A stretch of DNA of 64,000 bases from Candidatus Latescibacterota bacterium (GTDB taxonomy: Bacteria > Latescibacterota > UBA2968 > UBA8231). Position numbers and translations under genes: made by a program. Every line of letters starts with the position of its first letter. The stretch's first letter is position 1. Positions 37,459 through 47,645 of this stretch are shown in pieces. Under the pieces are notes generated by a model. It ran no database searches. It was not told the origin of the DNA and worked only from the letters and a program-made list of their open reading frames with translations. The stretch lies in the NCBI GenBank assembly GCA_965243025.1, contig CBDETY010000003.1, forward strand, positions 2,560,001 through 2,624,000. The letters run 5' to 3'.

Positions 37459-39723
37459 ATGCCGGAACAGCGACCCAGAAGGAGCGCCCCCGACCTCGAC
37501 CTGTTCGCCGCGGGGCGCCGCGACCAGCTGGAGCGCGAGCAGCCGCTGGCGGCGCGTCTGCGACCCGCGGCGCTCGACGACTTCGTCGGCCAGGACCACA
37601 TCCTCGGGCCCGGACGGCTGCTGCGCCGCGCGATCCAGGCCGATCAGCTCTCCTCGGTCATCTTCTACGGCCCACCCGGAACCGGCAAGACCACTCTCGC
37701 CCACGTCATCGCCAACACGACGCGTTCCCATTTCATCACCATCAACGCCGTGCTCGCCGGGGTCGCCGATATCCGGCAGGCGATCGACGAAGCGAGGGAA
37801 CGCCGCCACCTCCACGGCCAGCGCACCATCCTCTTCATCGACGAGGTTCACCGCTTCAACAAGGCCCAGCAGGACGCGCTCCTGCCCTGGGTCGAGAACG
37901 GCACCGTCATCCTCATCGGGGCGACCACCGAGAACCCGTACTTCGCCGTCAACCGGCCGCTGGTATCCCGCAGCCGCCTGTTCCAGCTCAAATCCCTGAC
38001 CGAGAGCGACCTCGACGCCGTGGCCCGAAACGCCCTGACCGATCCCCGGGGGTACGGAGATCTCGAGGGCCTGACCGTCGACGACGACGCCCTCGCCCAT
38101 CTCGTCGACGTCGCCAACGGGGACGCCCGGGCGCTGCTGAACGCCCTCGAGCTCGCGGTCGAGACCACGGCTCCGAGCGACGGCCGCGTGCATGTCGATC
38201 TCGCCGTCGCCGAAGAATCGATCCAGCGTCGCGCCGTTCTCTACGACAAGGAGGGCGACTACCACTTCGACTCGATCAGCGCCTTCATCAAGTCGATGCG
38301 GGGCTCGGATCCGGACGCCGCCCTGTACTGGATGGCCCGCATGGTCTACGCCGGGGAGGATCCGCGGTTCATCTTCCGCCGCATGATCATCTTCGCCAGC
38401 GAGGACGTCGGCCTCGCCGACCCGGGAGCCCTGCCGCTGGTCGTCGCCGCCGCCGAAGCCTTCGACCGGGTCGGTCTGCCGGAAGGCCGCTTCGCCCTGG
38501 CGCAGGCGGCGCTGCACCTGGCGACCGCTCCCAAGAGCAACTCCTCCATGGCCTTCTTCGACGCCCTCGCCGCGGTCGGGAAGGAGCGCGAAGACGAGGT
38601 CCCCAACCATCTCAAGGACGCCAACCGCGACAGCGAGGGATTCGGCCACGGGGAGGGGTACCTCTACCCGCACGCCTACCGCGACCACTGGGTCGCCCAG
38701 CAGTACCTGCCCGCCAATCTCCAGGGGCGCGTCTTCTACCAGCCCTCGGACCGGGGGCACGAGGCCGGCATCCGCACCGAGGTTGCCCGCCGCCGCGAGT
38801 TGCAGCTCGCCGCGGTGATGGAGGGCGGCCCCGACCTGGCGGCGCCGGAACACCTGTCCCACTCGCCGGCGGACCGCGCCCGCGACCAGTGGCTGGAGCG
38901 GGCCGGCGGCGAGGCCGGGGCCCTGAACGGCCATCTCCGGGAAGAGGTCTTCCGCTCCCTCGGGCTCGAGCGCCACCACCGCGTCCTCGACCTGGCCGCC
39001 GGCTCCGGCCTGCTGACCTGGGAGGCGCTGCGCCGGGTCCCCGAGGGAACGGTCTGGTCGGTCTGCACCGACGCCGCCTCCGCGGCGGCACTGCGGGAGC
39101 TGGCAGCCGCCCACCTCGAAGAGCTCGACCGCCCGCGCGTTCTCGAGACCGCCGTCGAGGACCTCGGCCCCGCGGTCGAGGCCGCAGATCCCCAAATGCG
39201 TTTCGAGGCGATCATCGGCCGCAACGCCGTCGGTTCCTCCGGGGAGAAGGAGCAGATCGCCCGCCAGCTCCGCGGCCTCGCCGCCCCGGGGTGCCGGCTG
39301 CGGCTCTGGGAAGTGGTGCAGCGGCGAGCCCAGCGCCTCTGCCGGCTCGTCGACCTCGGCGAGTTGGAAGGGGATCTGAATGAGCGGGTGGTCAGCGCCG
39401 AGGAGGCGATCTACGACGACCCGGAAAACCCGCGGGTCAACTGGGTGGAAGATGACCTGAAACGGCTGCTGCAGGAGGCTGGGTTCGAGGAGGTGGAGTA
39501 CGCAACCGAGGAGCGGACGACGGTGCGCCGGATCGAAACGCGGCAACTCGGCCACTGGTTCAATCCCGGGGGGGAGAAACACCCGACCTTCGCGCGTTAC
39601 CTGCACCGACAGCTCGACAACGCCTCGTTGCGGCAGGTGCGCGGCCTGTTCGAGCGCCAGCTCAACGGCAGCAAGGTGCGCTGGACTGCGACCTACTCGC
39701 TGTTTTCCGCGGTTGCCCCCTGA
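37459..39723 (+). CDS. rarA: RarA/MgsA AAA+ ATPase with a C-terminal methyltransferase-like domain
   Basis: GPPGTGKT, DEVHRFNK, ATTENP, KSMRGSDPD, PKSNS; later VLDLAAGSG. Confidence 0.92.
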   Translation: MPEQRPRRSAPDLDLFAAGRRDQLEREQPLAARLRPAALDDFVGQDHILGPGRLLRRAIQADQLSSVIFYGPPGTGKTTLAHVIANTTRSHFITINAVLAGVADIRQAIDEARERRHLHGQRTILFIDEVHRFNKAQQDALLPWVENGTVILIGATTENPYFAVNRPLVSRSRLFQLKSLTESDLDAVARNALTDPRGYGDLEGLTVDDDALAHLVDVANGDARALLNALELAVETTAPSDGRVHVDLAVAEESIQRRAVLYDKEGDYHFDSISAFIKSMRGSDPDAALYWMARMVYAGEDPRFIFRRMIIFASEDVGLADPGALPLVVAAAEAFDRVGLPEGRFALAQAALHLATAPKSNSSMAFFDALAAVGKEREDEVPNHLKDANRDSEGFGHGEGYLYPHAYRDHWVAQQYLPANLQGRVFYQPSDRGHEAGIRTEVARRRELQLAAVMEGGPDLAAPEHLSHSPADRARDQWLERAGGEAGALNGHLREEVFRSLGLERHHRVLDLAAGSGLLTWEALRRVPEGTVWSVCTDAASAAALRELAAAHLEELDRPRVLETAVEDLGPAVEAADPQMRFEAIIGRNAVGSSGEKEQIARQLRGLAAPGCRLRLWEVVQRRAQRLCRLVDLGELEGDLNERVVSAEEAIYDDPENPRVNWVEDDLKRLLQEAGFEEVEYATEERTTVRRIETRQLGHWFNPGGEKHPTFARYLHRQLDNASLRQVRGLFERQLNGSKVRWTATYSLFSAVAP

Positions 39724-39733
39724 CCGGGGGAAA

Positions 39734-40249
39734 TCAGATCATGTCGCCGAAACGCTGCTCGAAAAACAGGGCGAACTGTTGCGGCAGCAGCGGCAGCAGC
39801 CGGGCGATGATCGCGAACATCCCCGGGGCCACCACGCTTTCCTTCAGCCAGCCCATCCCCTCCGGCAGGTAGCGGCCGATCATCAGCACGGCCGCCAGCA
39901 GAACCTGCAGCGCCACCAGCACTCCGAAGATCCCTCCGAGAAGGCGGTCGATCCATCCGAGGAACATGGCGTGCACCGCCTTGCGCAGCAGCCGGGAGAC
40001 GACGTTCACGCTGAGGGCGATCGAGGCGAACACCAGGGCGAAGCTGGCGGCGAAACGGAGCCGGGAGTCCTCGAAGTCGGGCAGCAGCGGCAGGGCGGCG
40101 TCCTGGAGATGGAGGCCCCCGAGAAGACCGAGGCCTATGGCCAGGAACGTCGCCAGCTGGAGTATCAACCCCTGGCGGTAGCCGCGCAGGCCGAGAAGGG
40201 CGACGAGCCCCAGGGCGGTCCAGTCGAGCCAGTGAATGCCGCTGATCAC
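39734..40249 (-). CDS. cvpA: CvpA family membrane protein
   Basis: WLD...GYRQG...DRLLGGIFG. Confidence 0.88.
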   Translation of the reverse strand: MISGIHWLDWTALGLVALLGLRGYRQGLILQLATFLAIGLGLLGGLHLQDAALPLLPDFEDSRLRFAASFALVFASIALSVNVVSRLLRKAVHAMFLGWIDRLLGGIFGVLVALQVLLAAVLMIGRYLPEGMGWLKESVVAPGMFAIIARLLPLLPQQFALFFEQRFGDMI

Positions 40250-40434
40250 GTTGTCCGGTTGCTCCTTCCCCGGGAGCGATTTAGATTACGGCCCTTCATT
40301 CCGGAGCTTGTTATCGTATTCCGGTGTATCCTGCCGGCCTGAAAGCCGGTGGCGGAGCAGATTCGAGTGCTCCAGCCCTCGCCCGCAAAGCTACTTTCAC
40401 ACTTCCTGCCCGACAACGTCGGTTGACTTCACTG

Positions 40435-41667
40435 ATGATCAGGACACGGATGTTGCCGGCCCTGGCCGCGATGGCCCTGGGGACCGGCTGTACGACCACC
40501 GAGCAGGAGGTCGCCGAGCAGATCGAGGTGCTGGCCTCCAACGAGATCGATTCGGAACGCTGGAACCAGGCGGTTGACGAACTGGTTTCCATCGGCCGCC
40601 CGGCGGCGCGCCAGCTGATGGTACTTCTCGATCCGGCCAAGTACAAGGGCAAGGACTACCGGGAGTTCCGGGCCGAGATCGAGCAGACGCGAACCGGGGC
40701 CACCGTCGTGCTGGGGCGCATCAAGCACAAGGCGGCTTCGGCGCAGATCCACCCCCGGACCGCGGCGGTGACCTACACCTACCCGGAGCGGGTCGCCAGC
40801 CTCAGGGCCGTCGGCGAGCTGGGGTACAACCAGCCGGCGGTAACCGCCCTGAAGGCGCTCTTCGACGGGGACGGGGACCCCGTCATCCGCCTCTACACCG
40901 CCCTGGCCCTCGTCAAGATGAACGAAACTTCCGGCGTCGGCGCAGTGCACGCCGCGCTCTCCGCCGACGCCGACCCCGCCCTCGCGGAAATCGCCATAGA
41001 AGAGCTGCGCCGGACCAACTATTTCGGGGTTCCCCTGCTGGTGGATCTGCTCGCCTCGGACACTCCCTACCGCGAGCAGATCTCCTCCGCCCTCGGCGAT
41101 GTGGAGAAGGGCCTGCTGCAGCAGCTGGAATCAGACGATCCGGAAATCCGCATGCACTCGGCGCAGGCCCTCGGCAACGTCGGCAACCCGGAGGCGATCA
41201 GCGCCCTTTCCATGCTTCTCGACGATCCGAGCAACCTCGTCCGCTTCAACGCCGCGGCTTCGATGTCCCGGCTCGGGGACGAGGGCGGAACCGATTTCCT
41301 CTTCGCCTCGATGGGCAGCGACGATCCCATCCTGCGGGTCAACGCGGTGAAATCGCTTGTCGAGGTGCAACGCAGCTCCGGCGCGGTCGAGGAACGGCTG
41401 ATCGCCACCTTGTCGGACGACCAGCAGCTCGCCCGTTCCGGGGCCGCCCAGGTCCTCGGCCAGGCCCGGGTGCTCGCCGCGGTCCCGCAGCTTCGCGATG
41501 CCGTTTCCGACAGCTCCCCGGAGGTGCGCTTCAACGCCGTGATCGCCCTCGGAAGAATCGCCTCCCCGGAGGCGCGCGAGCAGCTCGCCACCCTGGTCGA
41601 CGACGACGACGCCACCGTCGCCTATTACGCGGAATGGGCCCTCAAGCAGCTCGGAGGTTCCTCGTGA
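40435..41667 (+). CDS. HEAT-repeat lipoprotein
   Basis: LGTGC lipobox; repeated VRFNAA/ALG units. Confidence 0.85.
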   Translation: MIRTRMLPALAAMALGTGCTTTEQEVAEQIEVLASNEIDSERWNQAVDELVSIGRPAARQLMVLLDPAKYKGKDYREFRAEIEQTRTGATVVLGRIKHKAASAQIHPRTAAVTYTYPERVASLRAVGELGYNQPAVTALKALFDGDGDPVIRLYTALALVKMNETSGVGAVHAALSADADPALAEIAIEELRRTNYFGVPLLVDLLASDTPYREQISSALGDVEKGLLQQLESDDPEIRMHSAQALGNVGNPEAISALSMLLDDPSNLVRFNAAASMSRLGDEGGTDFLFASMGSDDPILRVNAVKSLVEVQRSSGAVEERLIATLSDDQQLARSGAAQVLGQARVLAAVPQLRDAVSDSSPEVRFNAVIALGRIASPEAREQLATLVDDDDATVAYYAEWALKQLGGSS

Positions 41668-42590
41668 CATCCGCCAGCCGCGGCAACTGCCGCCTCCTTT
41701 TCCTGATCGCCTTCTTCGTTCCCGCCACCGCTTTCGCAGACGCGGCGGCGACCTTGCTGATACACCAGGCCCTGGGCAAGGAGCTTTCGGGGCGACGCAG
41801 GGGAAACGTCGAGTTGATGACGTCGGCGTACGACGAAACCCGGTTCGTCGTATACAACGGCGGAGGCCGCATCGATCCGGTGGGCTGGAAGGTCGTGCAC
41901 GAGTCCGCCTCCGAGTACGCCCGGATGCTGGAGGAAGACCTGCGCGCCAGCAAGTACGACATCCAGCGCACCTACCTGCTGGTCAACGTCCTCGAGGGCA
42001 GGGCTTTCGTCGCCGTCGTCGACTCGGGCTCGGTGATCGACCGCGCTACCGGTTCGGCCAGCCAGTACTGGTTCAACGACCTGTGGCTTTTCGAAAAGCG
42101 GGACGAGGAGTGGTTCGCCACCGGTTTCATCCACGACATAGGCGACAGCACCGCAGGCCGCTTCGCCGGCGACGTTGCCGTGGACGCGGGACTGGCCGGG
42201 TTCCTCGAGGAAGAAGCCCAGGGGTGGCGCGACGGCAGCGCCGGATCCCTTGCGGGACTTTACGACGACGGGATCACCGTCGTCGACGCCTACGGCCTGG
42301 TCACCCCGGCCTCCTGGATCGTCGTGTTCAGCGGCGAAAAGGTCTGGAATGAATGGCTCGGCAACCGGCTCGGGCTGACGACCTACGACATCGAGCGCGA
42401 GGTCCTTCACACCAGCATGGGGGGCTCCGGCACCGAGGCGCTCGCCGTCGCCCGCGAAAAGGTCACCGTCGGCCACACCCTGGGGGATGCGACCCACGCG
42501 GCCGACCGCCACGTCCTGTGGACCCTGAGCAAGCGCGGCGGCAGCTGGCGGGTGACCAACCTGTTCTGGCACCTGCGCCGCCCCGACTAG
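41664..42590 (+). CDS. Secreted protein with two NTF2/SnoaL-like domains
   Basis: Signal peptide ending AFA; two repeats ending WLFEKRDEEWF and WTLSKRGGSWR. Confidence 0.7.
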   Translation: MTSASRGNCRLLFLIAFFVPATAFADAAATLLIHQALGKELSGRRRGNVELMTSAYDETRFVVYNGGGRIDPVGWKVVHESASEYARMLEEDLRASKYDIQRTYLLVNVLEGRAFVAVVDSGSVIDRATGSASQYWFNDLWLFEKRDEEWFATGFIHDIGDSTAGRFAGDVAVDAGLAGFLEEEAQGWRDGSAGSLAGLYDDGITVVDAYGLVTPASWIVVFSGEKVWNEWLGNRLGLTTYDIEREVLHTSMGGSGTEALAVAREKVTVGHTLGDATHAADRHVLWTLSKRGGSWRVTNLFWHLRRPD

Positions 42591-42679
42591 TGTCGCGTCC
42601 CGGGAATCCCCTGCAATTTCGGGCGCCGATCCATCCCTTTCGCGGGGGGGCCATCACTGTTCATTCAGGCAGCTGACCC

Positions 42680-44572
42680 GTGGAAAAGCTCGGTTGGCTG
42701 CTGCTCTTCATTCTCGGCTACTGGGCGTACTGCATCTTCTGGGGCTGGAAGGGCGCCCGCCAGGCCCGCACCGCCAGCGACTACTTCATAGCCGGCCGCA
42801 GCATCGGGCTGTGGGTATTCGTCCTCGCCGCCACCGCCACCTCCTTCAGCGGCTGGACCTTCGTCGGCCATCCCGGAACGATCTACGGCGTCGGACTTCC
42901 CTACGCCTTCGCCTCCTTCTACGCGATAACGATACCCCTTACCGGGGTGATCTTTCTCAAGCGCCAGTGGCTGCTCGGAAAACGCTACGGGTACATCACC
43001 CCCGGGGAGATGTTCAGCGACTACTACCGCAGCGACTGGATGCGGGTGCTGACCGTCGTCGTCGCCATGGTTTTCTCGGTGCCGTACCTGGGAATCCAGC
43101 TGCGGGCCTCGGGAATCCTGTTCAAGCGGCTCGTCGAGGGCACCGCCCTCGAAGCCACCGTGATCGGCAACATCGAGGGGGGAGCGATCCTGCTGTCGAT
43201 CGTCGTCTTCCTCTACGTCGCTTCCGGCGGCCTGCGCTCGGTCGCCTACGTCGACTGCGCCCAGTGCATCCTCCTCGCCCTCGGCATAGTCATCCTCGGC
43301 TTCGTCGCCCTCGATCTCGTCGGCGGCTGGGCGAACTTCCAGCGCGGCCTCGGGGGTCTCGCCGGCCAGAGCCGCGACATGGTCGCCATTCCGACGCGGC
43401 CGGGGTCCGATTCCTTTCTCGAACGGGCCGGCACTCTGTTCTGGGACCGTTCCGGGGGTCCCTGGACCGGGCTGATGATCATGACCTACATGTTCGCCCT
43501 GATGGGCATTCAGTCCGCTCCGGCATTCTCGATGTGGGCCTTTTCAAACCGCGACCCCCGGCCCTTTCCCTGGCAGCAGGTGGTCGCCTCCTCCGTCGTC
43601 ATCGGCGCCATCCTCTTCTTCTTCACCGCCTTCCAGGGACTCGGCGGCGCCATCCTCGACCGCGGCATTCTGCCGGGGGTCGAAAAGCTCGGGGTCCCTG
43701 TCAACGACGCGGGAAAACCGATATCCGACTACCTCGTCCCCTACCTCATATCCACCCTTTCGGAGGGCTTCCCATGGCTCGTCGGGCTGCTCGCGGTCTG
43801 CGCCCTCGCCGCCATGCAGTCCACCGGGGCCGCCTACATGTCGACGGCGAGCGGCATCGTCACCCGGGACCTCTACCGCCACTTCCTCAACCGCGAAGCC
43901 TCGCACCGCGCCCAGCTCCTGGTCGGCCGCCTCACCGTCGCCGTCGTCATCACCCTCGCCCTGATCGTCGGGCTCGCCAGCGGCGACCTGCTCGTGCTCC
44001 TGGGCGGGGCCGCGGTCTCGTACGGCTTCCAGATGTGGCCGGCGCTTCTCGGCATCTGCTACATCCGCTTCTTCACTCCGGCCGGGGTGGTCTGCGGCCT
44101 GATCGGGGGTCTGCTCGCCGTCACCTTCACCTACGTGACCGAGCTCGGGGGGCTGATCGGCATCGGGCGCTACCCGCTGACGATTCACAGCGCCGGATGG
44201 GGGATCCTCGTGAACATGGTGCTGACGGTCGGGGTCAGTGCCTTCACGCAACCGAAAACCGCCGTCGAAACCGAGCACCGCGACCGCTATCACCGCTTCA
44301 TCGCCCGGCACGCGGCGCTGCCTCCCGAAAAACGGAAGTGGAGGCTTCCGGTCTGGGGGCTGGTGATCGTCTGGTTCCTGTTCGCCATCGGGCCTTTCGC
44401 CGTTCTCGGCAACCAGGCCGATCCCGCCGAGTGGCTATTCGGCATTCCCACCCTCTGGGTGTGGCAGATCGCATGGTGGATCATCGGCTGCGTCATGATC
44501 TACCTCCTCGCCTTCAAGCTCGAGATGTCCACGGTGCCGGAAGCCGAGATCGAGTCCCTGTCCTCCGACTGA
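42680..44572 (+). CDS. Sodium:solute symporter family
   Basis: DYFIAGRS, FSGWTF, GGLRSVAYVD, AAMQST. Confidence 0.93.
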   Translation: MEKLGWLLLFILGYWAYCIFWGWKGARQARTASDYFIAGRSIGLWVFVLAATATSFSGWTFVGHPGTIYGVGLPYAFASFYAITIPLTGVIFLKRQWLLGKRYGYITPGEMFSDYYRSDWMRVLTVVVAMVFSVPYLGIQLRASGILFKRLVEGTALEATVIGNIEGGAILLSIVVFLYVASGGLRSVAYVDCAQCILLALGIVILGFVALDLVGGWANFQRGLGGLAGQSRDMVAIPTRPGSDSFLERAGTLFWDRSGGPWTGLMIMTYMFALMGIQSAPAFSMWAFSNRDPRPFPWQQVVASSVVIGAILFFFTAFQGLGGAILDRGILPGVEKLGVPVNDAGKPISDYLVPYLISTLSEGFPWLVGLLAVCALAAMQSTGAAYMSTASGIVTRDLYRHFLNREASHRAQLLVGRLTVAVVITLALIVGLASGDLLVLLGGAAVSYGFQMWPALLGICYIRFFTPAGVVCGLIGGLLAVTFTYVTELGGLIGIGRYPLTIHSAGWGILVNMVLTVGVSAFTQPKTAVETEHRDRYHRFIARHAALPPEKRKWRLPVWGLVIVWFLFAIGPFAVLGNQADPAEWLFGIPTLWVWQIAWWIIGCVMIYLLAFKLEMSTVPEAEIESLSSD

Positions 44573-44741
44573 TCACCGACAGTCACTGAACCGGCATGTC
44601 TCGGGTGTTTTGGTCATTGATCGGGGCGGGCCGAAAGGGTTGGCTCGACCATTGGACCAATGGTGGTCAGGCACGGGCCGTTGATCTGCGAACCGGGCAC
44701 TCGCCCGGGAGATTCCCTCTGAATCGACACCGCGAATACCT

Positions 44742-46457
44742 GTGAAAAGCAACGCCCCGAGGAATGCCAGGGGACTGGTTCGTTACGCCGCCGCCCTGCT
44801 CGCCGGCATCGCGGTATCCTGGGCATTGCCGGCTGCCGGGGAACAGGACGGCTGGAGCCTGTTTCCGCCGCTGGTCGCCATTCTCACCGCGGTAGCCACC
44901 GGCAGGCTCGCCCTCGGCCTGGGGACCGCCATCGTCGCCGCCGCCGCCATCAGCATGCCGGATGCGGGGGGATGGACATTTCCCTTCGCCGTTCTCCAGC
45001 GCGCCGCCGTCGATTTCGTATGGGCGCCGCTGCGGGAGTCGTTCCAGCTCTACATACTCGCCTTCACCGCCTCCCTGGTCGGCATGGTCCGGGTGGTCGT
45101 CCTCGCAGGGGGGACCCAGGGAATCGCCGACCTGCTGGCGCGGCGGGCGCAAGGAGCCCGCTCGGCGCGGCTCGCCTCCTTCCTGATGGGGATGGCGATC
45201 TTCTTCGACGACTACGCCAACACCCTCGTGGTGGGCACGACCATGCGCCCGATCTGCGACGGATTCCGGGTGTCGCGGGAGAAACTCGCCTACATCGTCG
45301 ATTCCACCGCCGCCCCGGTGGCCGGCCTGGCCCTGATCAGCACCTGGATCGGGTACGAGGTCGGACTGTTCGAAGGGGTCATGAAGGAGCTGAACACCGG
45401 GATCTCGGGATACGAGCTGTTCTTTCTCGCCCTGCCGTCGCGGTTCTACTGCATCCTTTCGCTGGTCCTGGTCGCCTGTACGGTGCTGATGCGCCGCGAC
45501 TACGGACCCATGCTCACGGCGGAGCGCAGGGCCGCGGCCACCGGTGCCGTTCTGCGGCCGGGGGCGCGGCCGATGACCGGGGAGAGGAGCGACTCCCTGA
45601 AGCCGCCGCAGGGGGTGCGGCCGCACTGGTGGATCGCCGCTTTCCCGGTGGGCCTGGTGGTTTTCGGCGTTCTCGGAGGCATGCAGTGGGACGCCTGGGA
45701 TTCCCCGGCTGTCGAGGCAGCCCGCCGCGGGTTCTTTCCCGCCGACGGCGGCTACTGGATCGCCGTCTTCAGCAATGCCTCCGGGGCCCGGGTGATGTTC
45801 CTCGCATCGATGGCGGGAACCGCCGCGGCGGCGGCGCTCGCCCTGACCCGCCGCTCCCCGGACGGGGTCCGCCCCCTGGGGGCGGCCCGGGTCGCCGCAG
45901 CGTGGATCGGAGGCATCGCCAGCTTCCGGCACGCCCTCGTCGTCCTGCTGCTTGCCTGGGCGATCAAGGAGGCCTGCCAGGCCGTCGGCACCGACGACTA
46001 CCTCGTCTCGGCCCTGGGAACCTCCCTGGCCCCCGGTCTGGTTCCGGTCGCCACCTTCCTGCTGGCGGCCCTCGTAGCCTTTGCGATCGGCACCTCGTGG
46101 ACGACGATGGCGATCCTGCTGCCCTCGGTGCTGCCGCTCGCCTGGGAGCTCGGGGGCATGCCGGTCGCCGTGCTCACCGCAGCCGCGGTGCTCGACGGCG
46201 CCATCTTCGGCGACCACTGCTCTCCCATCAGCGACACCACCCTGCTCTCGAGCATAGCCGCCGCATGCGACCACATGGACCACGTACGCACGCAGATTCC
46301 CTACGCCATGACGGCGATGGTGGCCGCCGCGGCCCTGGGGTACGCCGGTAGCGCGTACCTGTATTCTTCGTGGGTCGGTCTGCTGCTGGGTGGAGCGGGG
46401 CTCTGCGTGGTGGTGCGCCTTGCCGGCAGGGACCCGGAGGCTACCAGCTCGCCGTAG
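44742..46457 (+). CDS. NhaC family transporter
   Basis: FFDDYAN, DSTAAP, GTSW, FGDHCSPISDTT. Confidence 0.93.
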   Translation: MKSNAPRNARGLVRYAAALLAGIAVSWALPAAGEQDGWSLFPPLVAILTAVATGRLALGLGTAIVAAAAISMPDAGGWTFPFAVLQRAAVDFVWAPLRESFQLYILAFTASLVGMVRVVVLAGGTQGIADLLARRAQGARSARLASFLMGMAIFFDDYANTLVVGTTMRPICDGFRVSREKLAYIVDSTAAPVAGLALISTWIGYEVGLFEGVMKELNTGISGYELFFLALPSRFYCILSLVLVACTVLMRRDYGPMLTAERRAAATGAVLRPGARPMTGERSDSLKPPQGVRPHWWIAAFPVGLVVFGVLGGMQWDAWDSPAVEAARRGFFPADGGYWIAVFSNASGARVMFLASMAGTAAAAALALTRRSPDGVRPLGAARVAAAWIGGIASFRHALVVLLLAWAIKEACQAVGTDDYLVSALGTSLAPGLVPVATFLLAALVAFAIGTSWTTMAILLPSVLPLAWELGGMPVAVLTAAAVLDGAIFGDHCSPISDTTLLSSIAAACDHMDHVRTQIPYAMTAMVAAAALGYAGSAYLYSSWVGLLLGGAGLCVVVRLAGRDPEATSSP

Positions 46458-46947
46458 TGCGGTCGACGATCTCCTCGATCACCATGTCGATCCCGGCTTC
46501 GACCGCCGGGTCGCGACCGTCTTCGTCCGGAAGAGCCGCGTCGTAGGTCCCCCAGCCCTCCAGGCTCTCGAGGTCGAGCAGCGAACTTTCGTCGCCGGTG
46601 CGCACCAGTTCGGCCTCGATCCAGACGCGAAACCGGTACTGCTCGGTCACTTCCCCGGCGGTGAAGGTGAACGGACGGTCCTCGAGGGCCACCAGCCGCA
46701 GCAGAAGCAGGGCATCGGCGCTCTCCTCGTCGACGACACGCAGGCGGCCGTCGACGGTGAAGGCTTCGCTGATGCGCTCGGTGAGGGTCTCTGCGACCCG
46801 CTCCTCGGCGGTGTCGTTTTCAGCTACCGGAATGGCGACGCTGCGAATGCCGCCGACAAGCCCGGAACTGGTCGAGTAACGGGCGCAGGCGCCCAGGAAG
46901 GCCAGGGCGAAGAAAGGGAAGGCAAGGCTCCCGAAGCAGGACCTCAG
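46441..46947 (-). CDS. LptE-like lipoprotein (start uncertain)
   Basis: FLGAC lipobox, YS...IRSVAIP..EN.T; ends in W. Confidence 0.75.
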   Translation of the reverse strand: MRSCFGSLAFPFFALAFLGACARYSTSSGLVGGIRSVAIPVAENDTAEERVAETLTERISEAFTVDGRLRVVDEESADALLLLRLVALEDRPFTFTAGEVTEQYRFRVWIEAELVRTGDESSLLDLESLEGWGTYDAALPDEDGRDPAVEAGIDMVIEEIVDRTTASW

Positions 46948-47552
46948 GCTCCGGGTGAAGATCGGGATTCCTCCGCGTCGGCGGCGGTTTCTTCCGGCGC
47001 CGGGGGCTCCCCCTGCCCCGGCTCGGCGGGCGCCTGGTCCGCGGCCTCGGCAGTCGCCGCCGTCGCGTAGGTCTTGGATGGCAGGTCGGGGGCCACCGGC
47101 TGCTCCGGGGAAGGGCCCGCAGCCGGCGGCTGGCGGCTCTCCTCCATCACCAGTCGGGCCCGGTCCCCGACCTCGATCGGGCGAACCTTCGGGCGCCCCG
47201 CCAGACCGGTGGCGCGAACCTGCATGCTGGCGCGGTCGCCGGCGGCGGAACCGTAGGCCCCGAAGGAATGGCGCACCATCATGGTGCTGAGGGTGCCGGA
47301 GGTGTCGATCTCCTGCCTCAGGGGGGAGCGCACCGTGCACATGCGCTCCTGCACGTGCTCGACCACCACGCGCGCCTTGACCACCTCCCAGTTGCCGAGG
47401 CTCTCCCCCGAGTCCGGATCGGCGATCTCCTGCTGTTCGGCGACGATGGCGAACACCATGCCCTCGCTGACTCCGTGTTCGGAGCCGACGTTGAGAACGA
47501 GGGTGGTTTCGTCGGCGACAGCGGCGACCTTGGCTGCGATGTTTTCCGGCAT
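46944..47552 (-). CDS. Hypothetical protein (FlgT C-terminal-like beta domain plus acidic tail)
   Basis: LNVGSEHGV..GM.F...I.DP.SGE.LG. Confidence 0.75.
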   Translation of the reverse strand: MPENIAAKVAAVADETTLVLNVGSEHGVSEGMVFAIVAEQQEIADPDSGESLGNWEVVKARVVVEHVQERMCTVRSPLRQEIDTSGTLSTMMVRHSFGAYGSAAGDRASMQVRATGLAGRPKVRPIEVGDRARLVMEESRQPPAAGPSPEQPVAPDLPSKTYATAATAEAADQAPAEPGQGEPPAPEETAADAEESRSSPGA

Positions 47553-47592
47553 GATCGGTTCAGTCTGGCGGAACGGTTTTCACAGGTACATG

Positions 47593-47628
47593 AAAAAACC
47601 CGGTCTGCAAAAGCGCAAGCCGGGTTTT
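47593..47628 (-). terminator. Intrinsic terminator after the M23 gene
   Basis: AAAAAACCCGG...CCGGGTTTT hairpin with T-tracts. Confidence 0.75.
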
Positions 47629-47645
47629 CGTCCTCCTGTCGGCCA

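Noticed and set aside
36352-39606. 1084-aa minus-strand ORF and many other long overlapping ORFs
   Set aside because: These are antisense or off-frame shadows of real genes in high-GC DNA; only the last 349 aa (epimerase) is credible.
44648-44664. Palindrome ACCATTGG-A-CCAATGGT before the NhaC gene
   Set aside because: It could be an operator, but there is no adjacent regulator or second copy to support a call.
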